Source of the DNA: Escherichia coli
GTDB taxonomy: Bacteria; Pseudomonadota; Gammaproteobacteria; Enterobacterales; Enterobacteriaceae
DNA length: 64,000 bases
Reading direction: 5' to 3' (one strand)
Assembly: GCF_051903065.1 (NCBI RefSeq)
Contig: NZ_CP178438.1
Each line of letters opens with the position of its first letter. The first letter of the stretch is position 1. Made by a program: the position numbers and the translations under genes. Shown here one piece after another: positions 1 to 13,856 of the stretch. Below the pieces are notes generated by a model, which saw only the letters and a program-made list of their open reading frames with translations, had not been told where the DNA came from and did no database searches.

Positions 1-707
1 ACATTGATACCAGCGACTTTTATGGTCCGCACGTCACCAATCAGATTATCCGCGAAGCGCTTTATCCTTACTCTGACGATCTGACAATTGTCACTAAAAT
101 TGGTGCGCGGCGTGGAGAGGACGCATCCTGGTTGCCCGCATTTTCTCCGGCAGAGCTGCAAAAAGCGGTGCACGATAATCTACGTAATCTCGGCCTGGAC
201 GTACTGGATGTGGTTAACCTGCGCGTGATGATGGGGGATGGTCATGGCCCGGCGGAAGGATCGATTGAAGCCAGCCTGACCGTGCTGGCAGAGATGCAAC
301 AACAAGGCCTGGTAAAACATATTGGCCTAAGCAACGTCACACCGACGCAGGTTGCAGAGGCGCGCAAGATTGCCGAAATCGTCTGTGTGCAGAACGAATA
401 CAACATTGCTCATCGTGCTGATGACGCAATGATTGAAGCTTTGGCTCGTGACGGCATTGCCTACGTGCCGTTCTTTCCGCTCGGGGGCTTTACGCCGCTG
501 CAATCTTCCACGCTTTCCGATGTTGCTGCGAGCCTGGGTGCAACACCAATGCAGGTGGCGCTGGCGTGGCTGTTACAACGTTCACCGAATATTTTGCTGA
601 TCCCAGGGACGTCTTCTGTTGCGCATTTACGGGAGAATATGGCTGCTGAAAAATTGCATCTTTCTGAGGAAGTGTTGTCTACGTTGGATGGTATTTCGCG
701 AGAATAA
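1..707 (+). CDS. ydbC: Aldo-keto reductase family oxidoreductase, 5'-truncated by window edge
   Basis: ORF runs in frame from the window start to a stop at 707; AKR-like sequence (IPGTSSVAHLREN); position upstream of ydbD. Confidence 0.75.
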   Translation, partial: IDTSDFYGPHVTNQIIREALYPYSDDLTIVTKIGARRGEDASWLPAFSPAELQKAVHDNLRNLGLDVLDVVNLRVMMGDGHGPAEGSIEASLTVLAEMQQQGLVKHIGLSNVTPTQVAEARKIAEIVCVQNEYNIAHRADDAMIEALARDGIAYVPFFPLGGFTPLQSSTLSDVAASLGATPMQVALAWLLQRSPNILLIPGTSSVAHLRENMAAEKLHLSEEVLSTLDGISRE

Positions 708-940
708 CGAATATACAAAAGGGAAAGATGCATTTCCCTTTTGTTTCTTTTTTAATGGCATGGAGTGCATATGTTTAAGCCCAGGATTTGCAGCTGGATA
801 GGTTTACTTCCCCTGTTTATGCTGAGTCTTCCAGTACAGGCGGAACTTCGATGCGTTGCAAATGCAGTTGATATTGAACTTTTTTTTCTGCGGCTACCGC
901 TGAAGATAAACAACAAGTTGAACAAGCTATCAACAGTAGC

Positions 941-3076
941 GTGAATCTTGTCCCCTTCGGTTTATCTGCATCGGACTGGAAAGTGCATCGTGGCGATTTA
1001 GTGATAGAAGGTAATATAGAGAGTAATCAAAAATTGATTGTTCTTGGCAATTTGACAGTCAAAGGTAATATTTCCACTTTCTCTCTTTCTAATCCATGGG
1101 TTATTCTCGGTAACGTGACGGCAACGAATATAGTTACGGATTCACCACTGTTAATTACCGGTTCGATAAATGCAAGTGGACTGGTATTTATCGACTCATA
1201 TTACGATAATCCGTCTACGATTAAGGGGAGTATTAATGCGCGTGGGATATTTATCAATGACATAATTGCACCTGTTGTTGCGTCTTCGACAAATAGTGAA
1301 TTCATGGTCCGTGCGAGTGACAAAAATGACACTGAAAATGTCAAAAAAGCGCTGATGATAATAAATCCTGATGCATATTATTGGGGTCTAATAAATGATG
1401 AAGATGCTCTGAAAGAAATTTTTAAGCGAAGCAATATTCGCATGGCAGGGAATGTCTGTAATCAGATGAAAAAAGAAGCGCTGTTTCGCCCTAAGCCTTC
1501 TCCTGAGTTAGTGCAGGAATTGCAAATGCTGGATGAAGGCAACGTTGCTGCATTTGAAGGACGAGATATTGCGACATTTGATCTTGCCATAATGCGAACT
1601 CTCCCAAGGCTTAAAGGAATTTCAGCTAACCTACGCAAACAACTTATTAATAGCAATGATGGACAAACGATTGCAAGTATGGCGAGATATATGCCTGACA
1701 ATGAGATTCTGGAGTTGACCGATCAGCAATTGGGTTACCAGCCTGTTGTTCTGGGGTTGCTCGACCGTGAACCGCTCTCTGTCGAAATAATGACGCGAAT
1801 GAGTCATCTACCTGATGGTGTCGGTCCGTTGAATCTTGCGCTACGTGAAAATCTTCCTCTGGATATCGTCATGACTCTGGCGAAAAGAGATTGGGATATG
1901 ATCATTCAGGAGCTTTATAAAGATGCGTGGTTATTGCCCGAATCCATTATTGATGGCTATATCCGCAGTGATGATTCCTCTATTCGTCAGGTCGGTGCTG
2001 GAGGACAACTCACCTACAATCAGGCAATGCAGTTGGCGAACGATTCATCAAACGATGTTGTCACAAGCTTAGCGTTAAAGCTGGCAGAGATGAAACACCA
2101 TGGTCAATTGTTGCGGATGACGCCACAAGAGAGTGACAAAATAGCAGTATATTTATACCAAAAATTCGAGAATGACGATGATCTAATAGGTGCGTTATTT
2201 TTAGCGTTGCCAGATAACTTACAGTTTAATTTTGTTAAAAGGATGGAGAAAAAATCCCCTGCCTATTTTTGCTGTCGGGATATGCAGATAATTCACTCTG
2301 ACGCTGCTTTACAACGGTTATTGACACGTTTCAACGATCCTGAGGGGTGGAGTAATCTGGCGAAAAATCAGTATCTGAGCACGTCGATGAAACAAAAAAT
2401 TTGGCAACGTGCTTTATCGCATCGGAAAAATAATCCCAAAGCAGATTCAGATGCATATGAAACCAGCGCTGATATGATTTTGTCTGAGCTTATCAGCTAC
2501 GGTGAAGTTGATGACCAGATGCTATTAAATGCCACCTCTCTGATACGTTCGGACGACTGGGACTTTTTAGAGAGAGCATTAATTAGTTGGGATAATTTAC
2601 CCGCTGTTGTTCTCAAGGAATTACAGCAAAACACGCTACGCAATGATATTTGGGCGAAGTTTTTTCTGAGGCAGGAAAACAGTTCCCGTGCGCAGGTTAA
2701 CGAAGCGTTACGTGTTTATTATGCACTAGACCCCGATGCGTTAGCACAACTGGATGTACTGGCAAAACAACCGGATCGTATATGGTGGAGTACACTGGCG
2801 AAAAGCAATCTCACATTTTTCAAGTTCGGCGCACTTAACAACCGCCACACACCGCCTGCGGTACTGGCGGCAGAAATTGATCCCGAGTGGTGGATTGTGG
2901 CGATGAATAATCTCCGTTTTCCAGTTGATGTATTAAAGGCGAGGCTGAAACGTGATCCTTTGCTGGCGTTAGAGCTTGTTAACCCTGAACTGGATTTAGT
3001 TCGCCAGCTGGCGCTTAACGGTAAGACGCGCGCAATACGGGAACAAGCGATGAGAAAACTTGATGAGTTGTATTGA
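941..3076 (+). CDS. ydbD: YdbD-like large periplasmic protein; main ORF from GTG, with the signal-peptide segment (771-941) in another frame
   Basis: 711-aa ORF; an upstream 57-codon segment starting ATG 771 encodes a signal peptide (MFKPRICSWIGLLPLFMLSLPVQA) and joins this ORF if one T is added to the T8 run at 880-887. Confidence 0.7.
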   Translation: MNLVPFGLSASDWKVHRGDLVIEGNIESNQKLIVLGNLTVKGNISTFSLSNPWVILGNVTATNIVTDSPLLITGSINASGLVFIDSYYDNPSTIKGSINARGIFINDIIAPVVASSTNSEFMVRASDKNDTENVKKALMIINPDAYYWGLINDEDALKEIFKRSNIRMAGNVCNQMKKEALFRPKPSPELVQELQMLDEGNVAAFEGRDIATFDLAIMRTLPRLKGISANLRKQLINSNDGQTIASMARYMPDNEILELTDQQLGYQPVVLGLLDREPLSVEIMTRMSHLPDGVGPLNLALRENLPLDIVMTLAKRDWDMIIQELYKDAWLLPESIIDGYIRSDDSSIRQVGAGGQLTYNQAMQLANDSSNDVVTSLALKLAEMKHHGQLLRMTPQESDKIAVYLYQKFENDDDLIGALFLALPDNLQFNFVKRMEKKSPAYFCCRDMQIIHSDAALQRLLTRFNDPEGWSNLAKNQYLSTSMKQKIWQRALSHRKNNPKADSDAYETSADMILSELISYGEVDDQMLLNATSLIRSDDWDFLERALISWDNLPAVVLKELQQNTLRNDIWAKFFLRQENSSRAQVNEALRVYYALDPDALAQLDVLAKQPDRIWWSTLAKSNLTFFKFGALNNRHTPPAVLAAEIDPEWWIVAMNNLRFPVDVLKARLKRDPLLALELVNPELDLVRQLALNGKTRAIREQAMRKLDELY

Positions 3077-3245
3077 ATAACAGCGTAATAATTTTTAACC
3101 ACTTGATTTATTGGGATAATCATTCCTGACAGTGAGTCCCCAATACCTTGATATATTCTGAATTTTTAATGAAGCGTCGTGTTGCGATATCTCCGTCAGG
3201 GGAATTGATGCACCATAGCGCAAACCGAATTATCAAGGATTGATA

Positions 3246-3851
3246 ATGACGCTCTACCAGATAAAACCGCTCTTTCAGTCGCTGTTAAGGCCGACGATGT
3301 TTTGGCTTTATAAGCACCATGTTACAGCGAATCACATCACTCTTGCTGCACTGGCGCTTTCTCTTATTACCGGATTACTGTTGATGTTGGTCGCACAACC
3401 CATCCTCTTTTTGCTATTGCCCATCGTGCTTTTTATCCGTATGGCGCTCAATGCGCTGGATGGCATGTTGGCGCGTGAGTGCAATCAGCAAACACGTCTT
3501 GGGGCGATTTTGAATGAAACTGGCGATGTTATTTCCGATATTGCGCTCTATTTACCGTTTTTATTTTTACCAGAAAGTAACGCATCACTCGTAATACTAA
3601 TGTTATTTTGCACCATATTGACTGAGTTTTGCGGTTTACTCGCGAAGACGATTAACGGTATTCGCAGTTATGCCGGTCCATTCGGCAAAAGCGATCGTGC
3701 GTTAATATTTGGGTTGTGGGGGCTGGCCGTTGCCATTTATCCACAGTGGATGCAATGGAATAATCTTTTATGGGGCATTGCTTCAATTCTGCTTATCTGG
3801 ACTGCGATTAATCGTTGTCGGAGTGTGCTCCTGATGAGTGCTGAAAGATAA
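3246..3851 (+). CDS. ynbA: CDP-alcohol phosphatidyltransferase family membrane protein
   Basis: 201-aa multi-TM ORF from internal ATG; ATGA overlap with next gene. Confidence 0.8.
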   Translation: MTLYQIKPLFQSLLRPTMFWLYKHHVTANHITLAALALSLITGLLLMLVAQPILFLLLPIVLFIRMALNALDGMLARECNQQTRLGAILNETGDVISDIALYLPFLFLPESNASLVILMLFCTILTEFCGLLAKTINGIRSYAGPFGKSDRALIFGLWGLAVAIYPQWMQWNNLLWGIASILLIWTAINRCRSVLLMSAER

Positions 3852-4747
3852 TGCTGGAAAAATCTCTGGCAACACTTTTCGCGTTGTTAATTTTAGCAAC
3901 GCTGATAAACCGTTTTCGGGTATGGCGGTTACCGGAGAGAAAAGAGGATGAAGTTACATTACGTATTCGTACCTGGTGGGGTATCGTCATTTGTTTTTCA
4001 CTGGTGATTTCAGGTCCACGCTGGATGACGTTGACGTTTTTTGCGCTGATAAGTTTTCTGGCATTGAAAGAATATTGTACGCTTATATCCGTACATTTTC
4101 CGCGTTGGTTATATTGGGTTATTCCTCTTAACTATTTGCTTATCGGTTTTAATTGCTTTGAGCTGTTTCTGTTATTTATACCTTTGGCTGGGGTTCTGAT
4201 ATTAACCACCTGGCGAGTTTTAGTAGGTGATACCTCCGGTTTTCTGCATACCGTGAGCGCCATTTTTTGGGGCTGGATAATGACCGTTTTCGCCTTGAGT
4301 CATGCCGCCTGGTTATTAATGTTGCCAACCACAAATACCCAGGGCGGGGCGTTACTGGTGTTATTTATTTTGGCGTTAACAGAGTCAAACGATATTGCAC
4401 AGTATTTATGGGGGAAATCCTGCGGCAGAAGAAAAGTGGTCCCCAAAGTCAGCCCGGGAAAAACGCTGGAAGGTCTGGTGGGGGGCGTAATCACCACCAT
4501 GATTGCGTCACTGATTATTGGGCCGTTGCTGACACCGCTAAATACATTACAGGCATTATTAGCGGGTTTGTTAATTGGTATTAGTGGTTTTTGCGGCGAT
4601 GTAGTGATGTCAGCCATCAAACGAGATATTGGTGTTAAAGATAGCGGAAAACTATTACCAGGACATGGCGGACTCCTTGACAGGATTGACTCATTAATTT
4701 TCACCGCTCCGGTATTTTTTTATTTTATTCGCTACTGCTGTTACTGA
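3851..4747 (+). CDS. ynbB: CdsA-like phosphatidate cytidylyltransferase paralog
   Basis: 298-aa membrane ORF, CTP_transf_1-like C-terminus (KRDIGVKDSGKLLPGHGGLLDRIDS). Confidence 0.8.
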   Translation: MLEKSLATLFALLILATLINRFRVWRLPERKEDEVTLRIRTWWGIVICFSLVISGPRWMTLTFFALISFLALKEYCTLISVHFPRWLYWVIPLNYLLIGFNCFELFLLFIPLAGVLILTTWRVLVGDTSGFLHTVSAIFWGWIMTVFALSHAAWLLMLPTTNTQGGALLVLFILALTESNDIAQYLWGKSCGRRKVVPKVSPGKTLEGLVGGVITTMIASLIIGPLLTPLNTLQALLAGLLIGISGFCGDVVMSAIKRDIGVKDSGKLLPGHGGLLDRIDSLIFTAPVFFYFIRYCCY

Positions 4748-4762
4748 AGGAAAATAGAGAAA

Positions 4763-7826
<3,064 letters not shown>

Positions 7827-7879
7827 GTGGATTGAGATGTGGACTGAATATCTACAGTCCACATCAAGACCGTGTCCGG

Positions 7880-8494
<615 letters not shown>

Positions 8495-8685
8495 TTATAG
8501 ATGTTTGAATGGGCGATGCCCCGTTGCTTGTTGACACTTTATTCACAATCCTGCCACAGAGATAGCGCAATAAATCGAAGCCTATGTTCGAATTTATTGA
8601 ACAACGCATAGAAAGCCGCGATGTGGTACTCTATATCTATCATTTAAAAGAAAATTAATCAGGCAGACTACTGCCCACTAACGTT

Positions 8686-11600
8686 ATGACAGAACAACAA
8701 AAATTGACCTTTACTGCCTTGCAGCAGCGGCTGGATTCGCTGATGCTGCGTGACAGGCTGCGTTTTTCTCGCCGTCTGCACGGCGTGAAGAAGGTTAAAA
8801 ATCCTGATGCACAACAGGCCATTTTCCAGGAGATGGCGAAAGAGATTGACCAGGCGGCAGGGAAAGTCCTGCTGCGTGAAGCGGCACGACCGGAAATTAC
8901 TTATCCTGACAATTTACCGGTTAGTCAGAAAAAACAGGACATTCTCGAAGCGATTCGTGATCACCAGGTGGTGATCGTCGCCGGGGAAACGGGTTCTGGT
9001 AAAACGACTCAGTTACCGAAAATCTGTATGGAGCTGGGGCGCGGGATTAAAGGGCTGATCGGCCATACCCAGCCGCGTCGCCTGGCGGCAAGAACGGTAG
9101 CGAACCGTATTGCGGAAGAGCTGAAAACGGAGCCGGGCGGTTGCATCGGTTACAAAGTGCGTTTCAGCGATCACGTAAGTGATAACACGATGGTCAAGCT
9201 GATGACCGACGGTATCCTGCTGGCGGAGATCCAGCAAGACCGCCTGCTGATGCAGTACGACACTATCATTATTGACGAAGCGCACGAACGCAGCCTGAAT
9301 ATCGATTTTTTGCTCGGCTATTTGAAAGAGTTGCTGCCGCGGCGTCCTGACCTAAAAATCATTATCACTTCCGCGACTATCGACCCGGAACGCTTTTCGC
9401 GCCACTTTAATAATGCGCCGATTATTGAAGTCTCCGGTCGGACCTATCCGGTGGAAGTGCGCTATCGCCCGATTGTTGAAGAAGCCGATGACACCGAGCG
9501 CGATCAATTGCAGGCGATTTTTGACGCCGTAGACGAACTGAGCCAGGAAAGCCCCGGCGACATTCTGATCTTTATGAGCGGCGAGCGGGAAATTCGCGAT
9601 ACCGCCGATGCGCTGAACAAGCTAAATCTGCGTCATACCGAAATCTTGCCGCTTTATGCGCGGCTTTCGAACAGCGAACAGAACCGCGTGTTCCAGTCGC
9701 ACAGTGGACGGCGTATTGTGCTGGCGACCAACGTCGCGGAAACCTCGCTGACCGTACCGGGGATTAAATACGTTATCGACCCCGGTACAGCACGTATCAG
9801 CCGCTACAGCTATCGCACCAAAGTGCAGCGTTTGCCGATTGAGCCGATTTCCCAGGCGTCTGCCAATCAGCGTAAAGGCCGCTGTGGTCGTGTGTCCGAA
9901 GGGATCTGTATTCGTCTCTATTCCGAAGACGATTTCCTCTCGCGCCCGGAGTTTACCGATCCGGAGATTCTGCGTACCAACCTGGCCTCGGTTATTTTGC
10001 AGATGACCGCGCTGGGGCTGGGCGATATCGCTGCGTTCCCGTTTGTCGAAGCACCGGATAAACGCAATATCCAGGATGGCGTGCGTCTGCTCGAAGAGCT
10101 GGGCGCGATCACCACTGATGAACAGGCCAGCGCCTATAAACTGACGCCGCTCGGTCGCCAGCTCTCGCAGTTGCCTGTCGACCCACGTCTGGCGCGTATG
10201 GTGCTGGAAGCGCAAAAACATGGCTGCGTGCGTGAGGCGATGATTATCACGTCCGCGCTCTCCATTCAGGATCCGCGCGAACGTCCGATGGACAAACAGC
10301 AGGCATCGGACGAAAAACATCGTCGCTTCCACGACAAAGAATCCGACTTCCTCGCGTTTGTAAATCTGTGGAATTATCTTGGCGAGCAGCAAAAGGCGCT
10401 TTCTTCTAACGCCTTCCGTCGCCTGTGTCGTACCGATTATCTCAACTATCTGCGCGTGCGCGAATGGCAGGATATCTACACCCAGTTGCGCCAGGTGGTG
10501 AAAGAGCTTGGCATTCCGGTTAACAGCGAACCGGCGGAGTATCGCGAAATTCACATTGCGTTGCTGACGGGTTTGCTTTCCCATATCGGCATGAAAGATG
10601 CCGATAAACAAGAATATACCGGCGCACGTAACGCGCGTTTCTCCATCTTCCCCGGTTCTGGTTTATTCAAAAAACCGCCGAAATGGGTAATGGTGGCGGA
10701 ACTGGTAGAAACCAGCCGCCTGTGGGGACGTATTGCGGCACGCATCGATCCAGAATGGGTGGAACCCGTCGCTCAGCATTTGATTAAACGTACCTACAGC
10801 GAACCGCACTGGGAACGGGCGCAGGGCGCGGTGATGGCAACGGAAAAAGTCACCGTTTATGGTTTGCCGATTGTTGCCGCGCGCAAGGTCAACTACAGCC
10901 AGATCGATCCGGCGTTATGTCGTGAACTCTTTATTCGCCACGCGCTGGTGGAAGGTGACTGGCAGACGCGTCACGCATTCTTCCGTGAAAACCTGAAACT
11001 GCGGGCCGAAGTGGAAGAGCTTGAACACAAATCACGTCGCCGCGATATTCTGGTTGATGACGAAACGCTGTTTGAGTTCTACGACCAGCGCATCAGCCAC
11101 GATGTAATCTCCGCTCGTCACTTCGACAGCTGGTGGAAAAAAGTCAGCCGCGAAACGCCTGATTTGCTCAACTTTGAAAAGAGCATGTTGATCAAAGAAG
11201 GGGCGGAAAAGATCAGCAAGCTGGATTACCCGAACTTCTGGCATCAGGGCAATCTCAAGCTGCGTTTGAGCTATCAGTTTGAGCCCGGCGCGGATGCTGA
11301 CGGTGTGACCGTACATATTCCGCTGCCGTTACTTAACCAGGTTGAGGAAAGCGGGTTTGAATGGCAGATCCCCGGTCTGCGCCGCGAACTGGTGATTGCT
11401 CTGATTAAATCGTTGCCGAAACCGGTACGCCGTAATTTTGTACCCGCGCCAAACTACGCCGAAGCGTTTTTAGGCCGCGTCACACCGCTGGAGTTACCGT
11501 TGCTTGACAGCCTTGAGCGCGAGTTACGGCGGATGACCGGCGTTACCGTTGACCGCGAAGACTGGCACTGGGATCAGGTGCCCGATCACCTGAAAATCAC

Positions 11601-12588
11601 CTTCCGCGTGGTGGATGACAAAAACAAGAAGCTAAAAGAAGGGCGCTCGCTACAAGATCTGAAAGATGCGCTGAAAGGCAAAGTGCAGGAAACGCTGTCT
11701 GCGGTGGCGGATGACGGTATCGAGCAGAGCGGCTTACATATCTGGAGTTTTGGGCAACTGCCGGAAAGCTACGAGCAGAAGCGCGGCAACTACAAAGTGA
11801 AGGCGTGGCCGGCGCTGGTGGATGAGCGCGACAGTGTGGCGATCAAACTGTTTGATAACCCGCTGGAGCAAAAACAGGCAATGTGGAACGGTCTTCGCCG
11901 TCTACTGCTGCTGAATATTCCATCGCCGATCAAGTATTTACATGAGAAGTTACCAAACAAAGCCAAGCTTGGACTGTACTTTAACCCGTATGGCAAAGTG
12001 CTGGAGCTGATCGACGACTGTATCTCCTGCGGTGTGGATAAATTGATCGACGCCAATGGTGGCCCGGTCTGGACGGAAGAAGGCTTTGCTGCGCTGCATG
12101 AAAAAGTGCGTGCCGAACTGAACGACACGGTGGTGGATATTGCGAAGCAGGTCGAGCAAATCCTTACGGCAGTGTTCAATATCAACAAGCGTCTGAAAGG
12201 GCGGGTGGATATGACCATGGCGCTGGGGCTTTCTGACATTAAAGCGCAGATGGGCGGGTTGGTATATCGCGGTTTTGTCACTGGTAACGGCTTCAAACGG
12301 CTGGGCGACACGCTGCGTTATTTGCAGGCGATTGAAAAACGGCTGGAAAAACTGGCGGTTGATCCACATCGCGATCGTGCACAGATGCTGAAAGTCGAAA
12401 ACGTCCAGCAGGCGTGGCAGCAATGGATCAACAAACTGCCGCCTGCACGTCGTGAGGATGAAGACGTGAAAGAGATCCGTTGGATGATAGAAGAGCTGCG
12501 CGTTAGTTACTTCGCTCAACAACTTGGTACGCCTTATCCGATTTCAGATAAGCGTATTTTGCAGGCGATGGAGCAGATTAGCGGTTAA
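8686..12588 (+). CDS. hrpA: ATP-dependent RNA helicase HrpA (DEAH-box)
   Basis: 1300-aa ORF; Walker A GETGSGKTTQ, DEAH box IIIDEAHERS. Confidence 0.95.
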   Translation: MTEQQKLTFTALQQRLDSLMLRDRLRFSRRLHGVKKVKNPDAQQAIFQEMAKEIDQAAGKVLLREAARPEITYPDNLPVSQKKQDILEAIRDHQVVIVAGETGSGKTTQLPKICMELGRGIKGLIGHTQPRRLAARTVANRIAEELKTEPGGCIGYKVRFSDHVSDNTMVKLMTDGILLAEIQQDRLLMQYDTIIIDEAHERSLNIDFLLGYLKELLPRRPDLKIIITSATIDPERFSRHFNNAPIIEVSGRTYPVEVRYRPIVEEADDTERDQLQAIFDAVDELSQESPGDILIFMSGEREIRDTADALNKLNLRHTEILPLYARLSNSEQNRVFQSHSGRRIVLATNVAETSLTVPGIKYVIDPGTARISRYSYRTKVQRLPIEPISQASANQRKGRCGRVSEGICIRLYSEDDFLSRPEFTDPEILRTNLASVILQMTALGLGDIAAFPFVEAPDKRNIQDGVRLLEELGAITTDEQASAYKLTPLGRQLSQLPVDPRLARMVLEAQKHGCVREAMIITSALSIQDPRERPMDKQQASDEKHRRFHDKESDFLAFVNLWNYLGEQQKALSSNAFRRLCRTDYLNYLRVREWQDIYTQLRQVVKELGIPVNSEPAEYREIHIALLTGLLSHIGMKDADKQEYTGARNARFSIFPGSGLFKKPPKWVMVAELVETSRLWGRIAARIDPEWVEPVAQHLIKRTYSEPHWERAQGAVMATEKVTVYGLPIVAARKVNYSQIDPALCRELFIRHALVEGDWQTRHAFFRENLKLRAEVEELEHKSRRRDILVDDETLFEFYDQRISHDVISARHFDSWWKKVSRETPDLLNFEKSMLIKEGAEKISKLDYPNFWHQGNLKLRLSYQFEPGADADGVTVHIPLPLLNQVEESGFEWQIPGLRRELVIALIKSLPKPVRRNFVPAPNYAEAFLGRVTPLELPLLDSLERELRRMTGVTVDREDWHWDQVPDHLKITFRVVDDKNKKLKEGRSLQDLKDALKGKVQETLSAVADDGIEQSGLHIWSFGQLPESYEQKRGNYKVKAWPALVDERDSVAIKLFDNPLEQKQAMWNGLRRLLLLNIPSPIKYLHEKLPNKAKLGLYFNPYGKVLELIDDCISCGVDKLIDANGGPVWTEEGFAALHEKVRAELNDTVVDIAKQVEQILTAVFNINKRLKGRVDMTMALGLSDIKAQMGGLVYRGFVTGNGFKRLGDTLRYLQAIEKRLEKLAVDPHRDRAQMLKVENVQQAWQQWINKLPPARREDEDVKEIRWMIEELRVSYFAQQLGTPYPISDKRILQAMEQISG

Positions 12589-12615
12589 CCCTGCTATTTG
12601 CCTGATAAATCTAAA

Positions 12616-12646
12616 ACCCGGTAAGCATTTAGCGCCGGGTTTTTTA
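12616..12646 (+). terminator. Rho-independent terminator candidate downstream of hrpA
   Basis: GC stem ACCCGG...CCGGGT followed by TTTTTTATT. Confidence 0.55.
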
Positions 12647-12859
12647 TTAATTCTAAAACGGTAAGGGCAAAAATTCAGGAATTCAGAAAAATACAATTCT
12701 CTGCTGCAAGATGAATAATGTTTATCTACAGCATTTCCTTAAAAGATATGTCAGGCTTGCGGAGTGGCGGTTAAGGAAATACGACATCCTCCTTTCAGAG
12801 TGCTCCGCTTCTCACTATTATCTCACGCAGTATTCTTAAGGGAACGATAAGGAGGAACC

Positions 12860-13660
12860 ATGAACAATACCCCGTTTCCGACGCTTTCGACGGCAACCAT
12901 AGATGCCATAAATGTTATCGGACAGTGGCTGGCGCAGGATGATTTCTCCGGTGAGGTGCCGTATCAGGCCGATTGCGTGATCCTTGCAGGCAATGCGGTT
13001 ATGCCGACTATCGATGCGGCATGTAAGATTGCCCGCGATCAGCAAATTCCTTTACTGATTAGTGGTGGTATCGGTCACTCGACAACTTTTTTGTATAGCG
13101 CCATCGCACAGCATCCGCACTACAACACTATCCGCACCACTGGCAGAGCAGAAGCGACCATCCTGGCGGATATCGCTCATCAGTTCTGGCATATTCCGCA
13201 TGAAAAAATCTGGATTGAAGACCAGTCAACAAACTGCGGTGAAAACGCACGCTTTAGCATCGCGCTATTGAATCAGGCCGTAGAACGAGTTCACACAGCT
13301 ATCGTTGTACAGGACCCCACCATGCAGCGGCGCACGATGGCGACGTTCCGCCGTATGACCGGGGACAATCCCGATGCACCACGCTGGTTAAGTTATCCCG
13401 GATTCGTTCCTCAGTTAGGAAATAACGCAGACAGTGTAATCTTTATTAATCAGTTACAAGGATTATGGCCGGTTGAGCGTTATCTCTCACTACTCACTGG
13501 CGAGCTGCCGCGTTTACACGATGATAGCGATGGCTACGGTCCCCGCGGGCGAGATTTTATCGTTCACGTTGATTTTCCGGCAGAAGTCATTCAGGCATGG
13601 CAAACGCTTAAACACGATGCGGTGCTCATCGAGGCGATGGAAAGTCGCTCGTTACGTTAA
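12860..13660 (+). CDS. ydcF: DUF218-family protein
   Basis: 266-aa ORF with RBS GGAGG upstream of ATG. Confidence 0.8.
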   Translation: MNNTPFPTLSTATIDAINVIGQWLAQDDFSGEVPYQADCVILAGNAVMPTIDAACKIARDQQIPLLISGGIGHSTTFLYSAIAQHPHYNTIRTTGRAEATILADIAHQFWHIPHEKIWIEDQSTNCGENARFSIALLNQAVERVHTAIVVQDPTMQRRTMATFRRMTGDNPDAPRWLSYPGFVPQLGNNADSVIFINQLQGLWPVERYLSLLTGELPRLHDDSDGYGPRGRDFIVHVDFPAEVIQAWQTLKHDAVLIEAMESRSLR

Positions 13661-13856
13661 AAATTGCCCGTTTGTGAACCACTTGTTTGCAAACGGGCAT
13701 GATTCCTGACTTTTATTTCTGCCTTTTATTCCTTTTACACTTGTTTTTATGAAGCCCTTCACAGAATTGTCCTTTCACGATGCCGTCTCTCTGATGATTG
13801 ATGTTAATTAACAATGCATTTACCAAAAACAAACATATAAATCACAGGAGTCGCCC

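Noticed and set aside
619-801. 60-aa ORF spanning the ydbC end and ydbD start
   Set aside because: It overlaps the better-supported ydbD signal-peptide frame starting at 771 and has a Cys/Phe-rich implausible translation.
9622-10611. 329-aa reverse-strand ORF inside hrpA
   Set aside because: Entirely antisense to the well-supported helicase gene, with no RBS and low-complexity Arg/Gln-rich translation; a shadow ORF.
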